From Saccostrea echinata (taxonomy: Eukaryota): a DNA stretch of 64,000 nucleotides. The stretch is from the NCBI RefSeq assembly GCF_033153115.1, contig NW_026889758.1, forward strand, positions 5,580,001 through 5,644,000. Reading direction: 5' to 3'. How positions within the stretch are numbered: position 1 is the first letter of the stretch; every line of letters starts with the position of its first letter. The translations under genes and the position numbers were made by a program. The notes under the pieces are model-generated. The model did no database searches, was not told the DNA's origin, and worked only from the letters and a program-made list of their open reading frames with translations. Positions 53,301-62,949 of the stretch are shown in pieces.

Positions 53301-56300
53301 ATATGCCGGGTTATAAATAATTTAATTATTTCTCGCTATGCGAATAAAAAATGCAGAAATTATAATTGCATTGAAAAATATAATTACGAAAGAGTCTTAT
53401 TTCAGGACATCAGTCATCTTACCACAAAGAACACTGCCTTAATGATCAGTTAAAATATTAGGGAGACCGGAAAAAGTCTGCTTAATCCATCGGGGTCCTA
53501 GACCGATATATAAATGCTTAACTGGGTTCCCTAACCAAGAAGTCCGGATTATATATATATATATATTCCCATGAAAAAAACTAAGATCCCTTATTGGGAC
53601 ACAATCATACCCCCGGGGGCTATTATTTAAATATCATCGGTACTATCCATGAATACTTGCATGAAATGAGAAGATAAGGAATAGTGATCATTCTCAAGAG
53701 TCCGTTTCAACAATACGAAATTAGCAGAGCCAACACAGGCATTTGAAAAAAGATGTGAGATCAGGTGCCATGGAGAAGTAGGCAGCCCCTGTTGACCGGT
53801 CACACCCACCGTGTGCTTTTTATCATGATTGGGTATATGGGAATTAGCAGAGCCAACACAGGCATTTGAAAACAGACGTAAGATCAGGTGCCATGAAGAT
53901 GTAAGCATCCGTTGTCAACGGGTCACACCCACCGTGGGCTTTTATTATGATTGGGTATACGGAAGGTTCCGTACACATTTCAGTGTGAAAATAATGGCCT
54001 TACCTCTTGTGCGAAAGGCGTCAGTAAACATTCGACTGACCGACTGTATTTGCAAAAAGGTCATTGTAACCATAGAATTTGCAAATTGTTGACTTTAAAC
54101 AAGATTTGTCATTAGCCTGGCTGTTTCAGAAATTGTTCGAATCAAGCCATCACGTTTGTCATCAACTTTACTCGTCAGTTTGCTTTCAATGTTTTTTTCC
54201 CTAGTAAAACATCCAAATATGAAACAGATGTGTCAGACTCTGTGATGTCTTTAATTTCAAGTTCAATTTGATATAACCAATCAACGTGAGAAGGGAAACT
54301 GAATTTTGTTAATTGATGAAACGTCATCGAAATATCTAGGTCACAGTAAGAGGTAACTTCTTCTTTCCTTGTATAAGTTTTTGAATAAATTTTGTTTCAT
54401 ATGAATACAAAAGTAGGTGTGCTTGTAACAAGGCACAAATTACCCCTGGGGCTTTCCAACAGATTGTTGGAATATCAATATTATAAATCATGACCCTGCT
54501 ATTCTTCAGAAGAATTCAATTTATTTCCTTTTATTTTCCTAGATAAAACTTTTGATCCGTTATTGTAGTTCCATTCTACCCCTGGGTCCATGATTGAAAC
54601 AACCTTGATTATGCACAGACATTGGGTTCATGTTATCATTATTTTTCACTGTTGTAGTTGAGAAGAATGAAAAATACTTGAACATAAAGTCGAAAATGTA
54701 AAAATTTTAACCGACAAAAACACGACAGACAGACGGACAACGGAATTCTTTGATCAGAATAGGTCACTTGAACCTTTTGCTCAGGTGAGCTAATAAAATC
54801 ATTATTATTGCAGGGTTTTGAGGACTGCATGATTCTCAACGATATTTTAGATCAACACAGTGATGACTTTGGTAATTTACTTAGTATTTCTTTTGGGTTA
54901 CCTGTGTCATATAGTGTCATATAGTAAACCTTCCCCCTTGTAAAATATCCCCCTCCCCCCGGACGATCCTTATCAATATATTATAGGGATGTGAACGAGT
55001 ACCCAGTTAATGCGTTTTTCCGGAAAATTGTTAAAAATCCATGCATTTTAGTACATAAGAAACAAACTTCAGTATACCCAATCCTTTCACAACTGCATCA
55101 GCTTAGGGAGACTGATGGCCATGGTCCCCAAATTGATACCATTTTGGCCATAATTTCATTCTTAAATACGGCGAACAAAGGTACATTATTTTTACTTTTT
55201 TTCTTTTCTTTTCTTTTTTTTTTTTTTGACTCAAAATTTTGTTCATTCAAGATGTTAATTTTGATTGTCGTCAATTGAAGATGTAAAATTTATTGAGTTC
55301 CGAATTATGGGTAATTACCCGGAATTGCGAAGGAACGTTTACTATATACATGTCGCAAAATATCCAGGGAGATGATTTCCTATGCATGGGGGAATGTTTG
55401 CTATATAGTGTACTTTCCCCAAGGGAAAATTTGTTATTATTATTATTTAATTTATTGTTTATTCCGGAAATAAACATTGCTCTTTAGTAATTATTTCGAG
55501 GGGGATCTTTACTATATATATGTAGTAAACATTCCGGGGAAGGTTTGCTATGCGGAAGGTTTACGATGCGACACCGGCAAAAGATGGTATCAACAATCTA
55601 ACACTGTTCCTTTGTTGAATTTATATGTTTAATGCTTTTTCATCAGACGGCAGTTATTAAAGTTGAAGAAACGAAGGCTTTTTTTTCTGCCAAGAGAATC
55701 GTTGTCATATCATAACATCTCGAAAGGTTTTTTAGAAATTTTAATCATTTTGTTTTTCAATTACATAATTTTGGTGGTTATTAACTCAATAAAATGTTGT
55801 ATGAATTCAGTATTTCATTTACTTCCTTTTTTTCCCTATAATTATTTACCGAAAAAGGAGGGCCGATAACAATATTTTCTACAAAATAATTGAACAAGAA
55901 CGTTTGTGAATACAAAATGGCATTGCAAGTCTGTTTCATCCTAATGTCTTTACTAAATATGGGACCCTTTGAGATGGTCACATCTGCATTGTAGTTTTGA
56001 TTTAATATGTCTGAATATCCTCCTCATTTACTGATGTGGTATATTAAACAGCGACTGCTCTACCAGAGTACACCAAAAGAAGACATAAGGACGCCCACGC
56101 TGTGTGTGACCTGACTATGTATAACTTCTTAGAGGTCAGATTCANNNNNNNNNNNNNNNNNNNNNNNNNNNNNNNNNNNNNNNNNNNNNNNNNNNNNNNN
56201 NNNNNNNNNNNNNNNNNNNNNNNNNNNNNNNNNNNNNNNNNNNNNNNNNNNNNNNNNNNNNNNNNNNNNNNNNNNNNNNNNNNNNNNNNNNNNNNAAGGA

Positions 56301-57908
56301 CAGACGATACGTTCCTCAATAATATATAATTTTTTCTAAGAATTTGTCATTGAAGTATTGCTACTTCAACATGTTTACTTGCAAAAAATTGAGGTACCTT
56401 ACCAGGCATTTGTGCAAGATACCAGAGGATGTTGTTTCCTATAAAATTCTTTTGGAAAAAAACTTGATTTGCCAATATCACATTTTTTTAGTGTTTCAAT
56501 TTTTTAAAGACAATTTGAAACAAGTTTAGAAATCAGAAGGTAATTAAAATTTGGAATAGTTTCCATACAATACGAAGATATGCTAAACAGATATTTGAGG
56601 AATGTATCGTCTGACCTTAAGAGGTATATAAACATTTCTATTAACAAATATTTATTCCAGCAAAACTATATAATATACATTTTTTTTAAAATCATCAATC
56701 ATATCGTGTGTTAAATAAGAACGCTCTGCAGAAGCCTTTGTTTCTCCCATATACGTATTTTATATTTCAGATGAGAAGTCTGGTGAACAAAAGAAGCTTC
56801 CTTATAAGAAAAAAACTCGACAATTTTATGCATGGAATTCTACCGAATACATGGACCCCATTATATTCAATGGTTTGTAAAGCTTTAAATGCTGTTTATG
56901 TATCTATTTATGATTTGCAGGAAATAATATCTAGGATTTATTTTTATTCTCCATTCTCCAGGGGTTATTTTTATCTTTTCATATTTGGTGTGGCAGAAAC
57001 AGAAAACGATGATAGATCCTAATCGACACAAGTGTCAAACTAAATTTTCCTTGTACTCATATAGTGTTTTAAAATTTAAGTTACGCTCTATGAGATGAGA
57101 CTAGTTTCAAATTGCAGGATGGTCAACATGATAGTAAACAATCGTTAAGAAATAAAAATGCTTGAAAGGTTAACAAACGTGTTTATTTTGCAGGTCGCTT
57201 TCACAAATACCGGGTATCACGTATGTTATGAGAGGAAAAAGCAACAAGACTGGGTACTGTTTCCAGTCTGAGAGTACTTTACATTTGCTAACATATCATT
57301 ATATAGCTTTAATTCCTAATTATCTCAGCGCCTTTAGCCTTGGAAAATTAATTTTAAAAATCCGTAATGTATTTTTTATTCACATTATCATGCCTCTCTC
57401 TCTCTCTCTCTCTCTGAGTAGTATATTGCTTCACGTCTGTCTGTCTTTTTGTTAACCAAAGGTTTGTAACCAACACATTGAAATAACATTGGCTTCAAAA
57501 TCAGCATACTTGTTAGAGTATCATGAGTATGACTGGTATAAACAGATGAATGATTCTGGTAAGGATGGTAGACAGGTTTTCCATTTTTTCTCAATAACTT
57601 TTATTTGCAGTAAGCAAGTCGTTAACATTATTTTCATTTTGATTGTTTTATTCCATTGTTGTGTACACTCATATATACTGCTACAATATGGATAAAGATT
57701 TATCGCTCCAAATTAGCTTATTTGGCAAATATATATCAATGCAACCTTTACCCCCCTCCCCCTTTTGAAGTCTTAAAACGTTACTTTTCGTTTATTACAG
57801 ATTCTAAGTTGTATCTTGTTTTTCTGCACGGCACTGCTTCTTGGACTTTTTATTTTGATGGCATACCATTTTTTTGTGGCAGTGAACAGTGCTAGCTGTG
57901 GAAATTGA
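19062..57908 (+). CDS. KMO: Kynurenine 3-monooxygenase-like FAD monooxygenase (451 aa). Exons: 19062-19100, 19991-20060, 23671-23861, 23978-24026, 24282-24369, 24454-24619, 24890-25083, 25195-25252, 25528-25617, [29.2-kb intron], 54814-54871, 56052-56134, 56771-56872, 57194-57253, 57801-57908.
   Basis: GT-AG introns with consistent phases give 1356 nt with no internal stop. Motifs: VIVGAGLVG (Rossmann), [18 protein letters not shown] (DG motif), [23 protein letters not shown]|GFEDC (GD motif), MYNFLEMR, PLYSMVAF and a hydrophobic C-terminal anchor. Most intron positions match the vertebrate KMO layout as I recall it. Confidence 0.9.
20385..20552. repeat. Short degenerate tandem repeat (gttatatcatttgtggctgacgtg)
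   Basis: About five visible units in KMO intron 2. Confidence 0.8.
21048..21520 (-). mobile_element. Penelope-like retroelement 3' fragment
   Basis: gaggtgggatcaggtgccatggagaagtgagcatcccctgcagaccggtcacacccgcc plus decayed RT C-terminus. Confidence 0.7.
21760..22400 (+). mobile_element. Penelope-like retroelement, decayed RT C-terminus and 3' end
   Basis: Translates in pieces as [29 protein letters not shown] and [14 protein letters not shown]. Confidence 0.75.
23003..23330 (+). mobile_element. tRNA-derived SINE, same family, diverged or truncated head
   Basis: Core ggatgagaccttaaaaaccgaggtcccgtgtcacggtaggcgttggcacgataaagaaccc and (caat)n tail. Confidence 0.82.
24766..24842. repeat. Tandem repeat of ctcgattcttgtaaatgtta
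   Basis: About four units in KMO intron 6. Confidence 0.8.
25821..26272 (+). mobile_element. Helentron/HINE-like non-autonomous repeat, 5' part; it continues at 53566-53640 and 54485-54793
   Basis: Starts aacaagaggtccttgggccacaacg, like the copy at 2881. Internal units read catgtaaaattttgctcccctattgtggcccac. The matching 3' end (gacagacagacggacaacgg...ttgctcaggtgagctaa) lies at 54720-54793. Confidence 0.75.
26273..26354. repeat. (TA)41 microsatellite at the left end of the giant element
   Basis: Pure TA tract; the partner tract (TA)8 lies at 53550-53565. Confidence 0.95.
27200..27550 (-). mobile_element. Decayed LINE (CR1/L2-like) reverse transcriptase fragment
   Basis: [23 protein letters not shown]...LAYDA resembles [21 protein letters not shown]...FADD. 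Confidence 0.65.
30875..30998. repeat. Two-copy tandem duplication of ~61 bp
   Basis: cccctatttttattaaattacaagtatgt.atatagttagcaaagatgtgcaatgattaatt occurs twice. Confidence 0.85.
31165..31680 (+). mobile_element. Helentron/HINE-like element, same family as 2881-3516
   Basis: aggcccttggcccacaacgctcacc start; tgtaaaactttgaccccctattgt unit; acagac...aaagctcacttga end. Confidence 0.7.
31927..32125. mobile_element. Short TIR element (caggcgcgtag...ctacaggcctg) with poly-G/poly-C tracts
   Basis: 11-bp imperfect TIR with ctctag duplicated on both sides; relatives at ~28299-28560 and ~43300-43645. Confidence 0.6.
32618..32849 (+). mobile_element. Helentron-like short element
   Basis: ggaagtctgtgagccaatgctcactagtaatacccccgc...(gaca) repeats...ctctccttcagag hairpin...gggggtataat. 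Confidence 0.62.
33499..34995 (+). mobile_element. Helentron-like element carrying a 146-bp satellite array (about 9 units; the last 6 are highly homogeneous)
   Basis: ggtcagat recurs at 34069, 34215, 34361, 34507, 34653 and 34798; same termini as 6803-7597. Confidence 0.88.
36844..40158. mobile_element. Non-autonomous CACTA/EnSpm element (~3.3 kb)
   Basis: Termini CACTACGGTCAACGCGG / CCGCGTTGACTGTAGTG; 2-bp TA duplication; clustered subterminal CCGCGA/TCGCGG repeats at 36855-36970 and 40020-40150; no transposase ORF. Confidence 0.88.
40504..40577 (+). pseudogene. tRNA-like sequence (pseudo-tRNA or orphan SINE head)
   Basis: A-box tggtgtaatcgg, B-box gttcgatcc, partial acceptor stem gcgtc/gggcgc and a downstream T-run; the anticodon stem does not pair. 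Confidence 0.45.
40915..41450 (+). mobile_element. Third copy of the 146-bp-unit Helentron-like family (2-3 units)
   Basis: Same 5' gctcacctcaacgaatgttgtct, same unit and 3' ttcattgaggtgagctaaaaa. Confidence 0.78.
41826..42560. repeat. Tandem duplication of a ~330-360-bp unit (2 full copies and the start of a third)
   Basis: aaaatctagc...attaaggtgaccaggtattcagggttgtccataagaactgaaatag...tcttgagcacaacc repeated from ~41826, ~42156 and ~42522. Confidence 0.85.
49689..50514. mobile_element. hAT-like non-autonomous element
   Basis: TIR gagggctagacaaatag versus reverse complement caggggtagacaaatag; repeated subterminal gg(g/a)caagt motifs; TSD only partial (atgtt). Confidence 0.6.
53655..54480 (-). 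mobile_element. Penelope-like fragment with a tandem duplication of the 3' motif
   Basis: aattagcagagccaacacaggcatttgaaa...gatcaggtgccatg...ggtcacacccaccgtg occurs twice (~123-bp spacing); decayed RT including YFDDV further right. Confidence 0.7.
54485..54793 (+). mobile_element. Helentron/HINE-like repeat, 3' part of the element that begins at 25821
   Basis: GACA/GACG microsatellite followed by the terminal motif ctcaggtgagctaa, the same ending as the intact copy at 2881-3516. Confidence 0.7.
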
Positions 57909-59517
57909 TTGGCTGTTTCTAGCATTCAATGGAGACATGTTTCGGAAAGGAGAGTTATAAAGAGCATCAGATGGACCCTGCCTTTCTTTATCTTGTTTGA
58001 ATCATACCAGTGAGGTCGTATTTGTATAAAATTGTTTTAACTTTCAATGTGTTGATATTAGCACAAGGAAAAAAATGAAATTGCTACAAAGATTTGTGAG
58101 AGATGAGATCGTAGATATCATTGCCCGGCTTATTAAACAATTAATTCTTCCTCTACACATTTTTCGTTAAATATATTTTACCATAAAAATAGCACTGATC
58201 ATTAGAAGATGTGATTTGAATATAATGACTCTTACAAATGTAAGGTTTTAAATATCTGGTAGTCATTTACTAGTACAATAAAGCTCAAAAATTTTTAAAT
58301 AAGATATTTGGTGGGGTGATTTTTTCAGCTAAACAAGTATGGTAAAAGGTCAATGACATTAAAATCAATTGGGAGAAAATGTTCTTAACTTGGTAACTTA
58401 TTCTTTTCTTACATCAAGGCAAAATCTTTTCTAAGTAATAAAAAAGTGTGGATTTTTCTATTTTCATTCCTTTACATATACCCTTCATCTATATGTCCTA
58501 TACATTTGTACTCATACATTAATAATAAATTTTGCAAATAAACGCCGAAACGCCTGCTCCATAGTTCTTACTTACTACTATGATATTACATAAGGTATGA
58601 GATGATGTCCTTAAACTTAATTTAGATTTCACTGGAATAGTAATTATCGTAAATTTAATTAAAAGTCCACGTTCGTTTTCGTAAACGGCCGTTAAATAAA
58701 GAGAGAGAGAGAGAGAGAGTAATGTGGTGGTTTTGGTTGGCGGATCTATATTACTTGCAAATTCAATAAAACTGACAAGCACTTAATTATTTTTTTAAAT
58801 CAGTAACATCAAGACGTTCGATTTTTCTACACTTTATACAACCATTACTGATCATAAATTAAAATCTAGGTTTTTAATGTATTAGACAAATCCTTCTTCA
58901 ATAAAAATGGAACTCGGAAATATTCTTATGTGATTGGTCACCAACAAATTTACTTTGTGAAATATCACTCTGATTCTACACAAAAGTACTCTGAAGTTGA
59001 TATTAAAAAGATGCTTGAGTTCCTCATTGACAACATTTATGTAGTCTTCGAAGACCAGGTATTCCAACAAACTGTTGGAATTCTGATGGGAAATAATTGT
59101 ACTTCTTTAGTAGCCCACCTGTTTTTATATTCCTATGAAGCAGAATTTATTTTTTTAAAAATTCTACATGAAAAGAAGAAAACACTTGTTGTGGCCTTCA
59201 ATTCGACATTCAGATATATCGACGACGTTTTATCACTTCCATCCATATGTCGACTCGATATATCCCAGTGAACTTGAAATAAAGACACCACAGAGTCCGC
59301 CACATCTGATTCTTACTTGGAAATTATATTACATAAATATATACAATAAGGGCTGGTCTTATTCGATACTCAAGAGTATGTTCTGCATGAGTACGATTAC
59401 TTTTTAAACCGAGGCAGGCTAATGACAGATAAGTTGATGTTACAGGATTTCAAAATCTAGTTTAAAGTCAGAACTTCGTTAATTCTCTTGTTGTTTTAAT
59501 GACCTTACTCACAAATA

Positions 59518-60836
59518 TCTATACTTATAAATTAATAAATTTTGCAAATAAACTCCGAAACGGGTGCACCAGAGTTCTTACTTACTCCTCTAACAATACA
59601 CTAGATACAAGATGATGTCCGTAAACTATATTTAGATTTCACTCGCATAGTTAGTATCGTACATTAAATTAAAAGTCTACCCTCATTTTCTATAAACAGC
59701 CATGAAATAGCAAAAACATGAGTATTGTGGCGTTTCCGGTTGGCGGATCTAAGTTACTGGCAATTTTTAAAGACACTGACCCAAGCAATCGTTTATTTAT
59801 TTCATAAAACGTCATCACTGAATTATTCAATCAAAACTTGATTTAAGTGATATAAAAGAAATAAGTTGTGATACCGATTAAAAAGGGAAATGTGCAAATT
59901 ATTTTCGTCATTCACCGATCTTAATATTGACAGAAGCTTCTAGAACGTCATACAGCATTGAGTACGATGTTTAAAAAGAACGAGGCTATTATGCTACATT
60001 AACATAAAAAAAGCTTTTGTGTGAATGGTCATTGAAATAATGGTAAATCATTGATAACACTCTAAGTTTTGAATAAATTTATATATTGAAAGACTATTAC
60101 ATATATGTAGTAGATTAATAAATTTATCGGTAAAATCCTCACTGAAAGCATCGTGGCAACGAACCCGAAGTACAATTTATACTTCGTAATAAACTTGCTT
60201 ACATGAAAAGAGAAAATTAATGAGTAAGGTATTGTTCAAATATAATCAAAGCTGTAAAATTTTGTGCTTTAATTACATTTCAGTTATTTTTCTGAATACA
60301 GTCCTTTGTATCAAATACTCGGCCTATTCATAGGGCGTTAAAAGCTAATTTTTACACAGGTACTTAAGTCTTGGTTTATAAATACGTATGTACCTTTTTG
60401 TTACATGTATGTAAAAAAAGAGTAAAGCACATTTTTTACATATCGATAAGGTACATACATATTTATAAAGCAAGACCAAAGTACCAGTGAATTTTTACAC
60501 CCCCCCCCCCCCTCCCAAATCAATTTATCAGTAAAATGTGCATATTCGCTGCTTTTATCCTTGAGGGAAATGAAATAAGAGCATCTGAAGTTCAATATCC
60601 ATAACATAGTGTAACAGGTTTCACAATAAACGCCAATTAATGAAATTGTTATTTTTTTCAAATTTTCACAAATTCGGGAGGGGGTTGGGGGTTGGAAAGG
60701 TACATGTACTTCATGCAGGATTTTGAACAAACTGCTACTGCTATAAGCCTGTAGGCTGTCAGTAGAAACTACAATATATTTTCTGTCGATAGTAGTATAA
60801 ATTCAATTCCCCGCGCTTGCGCGGGATTTCATCTAG
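59518..60836 (+). mobile_element. Non-autonomous Helitron, full length (~1.3 kb)
   Basis: A|TCTATACT 5' end; 3' hairpin cccgcgcttgcgcggg then CTAG|T; no TSD. Flanks rejoin as cacaaata|taacctataatgggtc, matching the Penelope-like copy near 22107. Confidence 0.88.
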
Positions 60837-61055
60837 TAACCTATAATGGGTCATGTTTTATCTGACGTGTTTCATACCAAGTGTTATTAGGTCTTTTTTT
60901 ACACTAAATTTGATCATGGAATGTTTCTTCTACCTGATCCATTCATAGGGCTCACGGTCAACAGGGGACGCTTACTCCTCCTAGATTAAAGATCCTAATT
61001 CTGGAATTTCTGGGGGTCCATGTTTTATGTCTTGTTCACAAATTTGTATTGTTTG

Positions 61056-61598
61056 GGCCATCTTTAAAAAATTGTTTGGTTGCCCTCTCCCGACCCACTG
61101 GCTAAAAATGGCCCGACTCAAAACTTTTTTCTAACCTCCAGTAAGCAATTTTTTTTATGCATTATGGTTTTATGATTGATTGATTCTTTGTTGTTTAACG
61201 TCCCTCTCGAGAATTTTTCACTCATATGGAGACGCCACCAATTGCCGGTGGAGGGCTACAAATTTTTGACCTATGCTCGGTACTTACGGCCATTGAGCAG
61301 TGAGGGATCTTTTTCGTGCCAGCTCCTACAGCGACACGGGACCTCGGTTTATACGGTCTCATCCGAAGGACCGGTCTCCACGTCCCACAGTGGGATTCGA
61401 ACCCGCGACGTAAGGATCAACTCCTTACTCCGCGACTCTAGAGTAGACGCTCTAACCACTGCATTATGGAAAATATATTTTGAAAATTCAGCATTGATGT
61501 TGAAATTTTCTACGAAAAAAAATTTCCACCTAGCTACCGACCCAACTTTTTCATCCTGGGTCGGGAGTGGGCAAGCAAACATTATTTTAAAGGTGGCC
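61056..61598. mobile_element. PIF/Harbinger-type MITE, ~42-bp TIR, 3-bp TSD (ttg)
   Basis: ggccatctttaaaaaattgtttggttgccctctcccgaccca versus reverse complement ggccacctttaaaataatgtttgcttgcccactcccgaccca; ttg on both sides. Confidence 0.8.
61174..61466 (-). mobile_element. tRNA-derived SINE, diverged, inserted in a MITE
   Basis: (attg)n tail at 61174; core acctcggtttatacggtctcatccgaaggacc; B-box complement ggattcgaacc. Explains ORF 61176-61604. Confidence 0.78.
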
Positions 61599-62949
61599 TT
61601 GTAGATTATTTTGTAATCGATCACTGTTTGTTATGATCCTTTTTCGTTGATAAAACGTCATTTGTGAACTTTTCGATCAAAACCTGATTTATGTGATATA
61701 GAAGAAATAAGTTGTGATTACTGATTGAAAAAAAGAAAAAAGAAACAAAATGTGCAAGTTATTTTCGTCAAATAGACTAGAACATCATATGGCATCGAAC
61801 CCGATGTTTAAAAGAAAAATGAGACGATTAATTGTTACATACTACATGAATAATTTTTTTTTTAAAAATACTTCGAAGTGAATGGACATGAAAATAATAG
61901 TTATGCAATTTATAACACTATAGTTAGTGAATATATTTATGTATCGAAAGACAAATCAGTAGGTTGTGGTAAGCTTTTAAAATTTGTCCTTTAATGAATA
62001 CTTTTCATTGCTCCCTCCCCACCCCCACCCCCAGAATACAATATTTACCGTTTGTATTTAGTATTAGGCTTATACATACGGAGTGAAAAGCATTTTTTTT
62101 AATTAAAGGAATGCTTATAAATTGTGCTTCTTTTACCCTTCACAGAAAAGAGAACAGACCACCCAAAGATCGATATGTATAGATACTCGTATGTATGTAT
62201 GTATGTATGTATGTATGTATAAACAATATGTTGGCAGGGGATGCTCACTCCTCCATGGTACCTGATCCCACCTCTGACGATGAGGTCCGTGTTTGCTCTG
62301 CTCCCGATTTGTATTGTTTTAATGGACTTTGAGCTTGAATACTGTTCGTTATCTCCATATTTCATATACAACAGGTATCTGAAATAAATTTTCTGATTAA
62401 AAAAAGTAAAGAGAAAATCTCAATTAATGAAATTGGTATTTCAAGTTCTTACGAAAACCAAAGAAATGAAACAAAACAAAAACAGATGGGTGAGCGATAT
62501 ATATCTACTTCTGCATCTGCAGTAATTGTCGGATTTGAACTAGAGGTTTTCTTCCTGATATAAGACTCTCAGTAGAAAATATCAGATCACAGAGGTAAAA
62601 TTCAGTGCTCAGCGCTTGTGCGGGATTTCATATAGTTTACTATAAGTATAGCCCTTTGAGATGGTCACCATGTCAATGATGTCTAATTATAACAATATCT
62701 TGTTTAAAAAATCAGCTGTAGGTAAATGTAATCAAAAACGCATAAAATATACATGTCTTATTTTCTTCCATTTAATATACATTTGACTAGGTTCGAGGGC
62801 AACATGCATGTTGTCGGACCCAAGAACCAAACTGTTTGCCTGAGGCTGTTATTTAATTTACTCCTGATGTATTTTAAGCCATGTGAATTTGAGTGTGCAA
62901 ATTTTGAATTTGTCCATAAAACATTAAATAATTACCTTAGAAATGGCAT

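Larger units (their letters stand above)
26355..53549. mobile_element. Candidate giant (~27.2 kb) TIR DNA transposon inserted at a TA site inside KMO intron 9; superfamily unassigned, no intact transposase seen
   Basis: Left end ATCCTGATTTCTGGATTAGGGGACC versus reverse complement of the right end ATCCGGACTTCTTGGTTAGGGAACC (20/25 identical). Perfect inverted 17-mer GGTCTCCCTAATATTTT at 26539-26555 and 53452-53468. (TA)n on both sides. The outer flanks rejoin into one Helentron-like repeat. Confidence 0.75.
58801..61650 (+). mobile_element. 5'-truncated Penelope-like retroelement (RT pseudogene), interrupted by a Helitron and a MITE
   Basis: NIKTFDFSTLYTT, LEFLIDNIYVVFEDQVFQQTVGILMGNNCTSLVAHLFLYSYE and FNSTFRYIDDVL. 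Resumes at 60837 and ends gatcactgtttgttat at ~61620-61650. Confidence 0.82.
58488..62635 (+). mobile_element. Older Helitron of the same family, split into ~58488-58800 and ~61650-62635
   Basis: 58520-58790 aligns with 59530-59795 and 61650-61960 aligns with 59805-60130; degenerate 3' end cagcgcttgtgcgggatttcatatagt. Confidence 0.72.

Noticed and set aside
26355-53549. Polinton/Maverick or endogenous virus as the identity of the giant insert
   Set aside because: There are no long ORFs (pPolB, integrase, capsid), no long TIRs with AG...CT ends and no 6-bp TSD.
25528-54871. Two separate truncated KMO pseudogenes
   Set aside because: The halves are complementary and non-overlapping, the phase matches (VNS|GFED), there are no disablements and the intervening DNA is explained by nested insertions. 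RNA confirmation is still needed.
54925-55578. ORFs 54991-55278, 55271-55477 and 55293-55487
   Set aside because: They fall in a repeat-like segment of KMO intron 10 (taaaccttcc...ggaaggttta...acaccggc), and the peptides are low-complexity and unrecognisable.
58930-59271. Active reverse transcriptase gene
   Set aside because: It is 5'-truncated, frameshifted, has a degenerate motif and is interrupted by a Helitron.
61176-61604. 142-aa ORF as a novel gene
   Set aside because: It lies wholly within a SINE and MITE.
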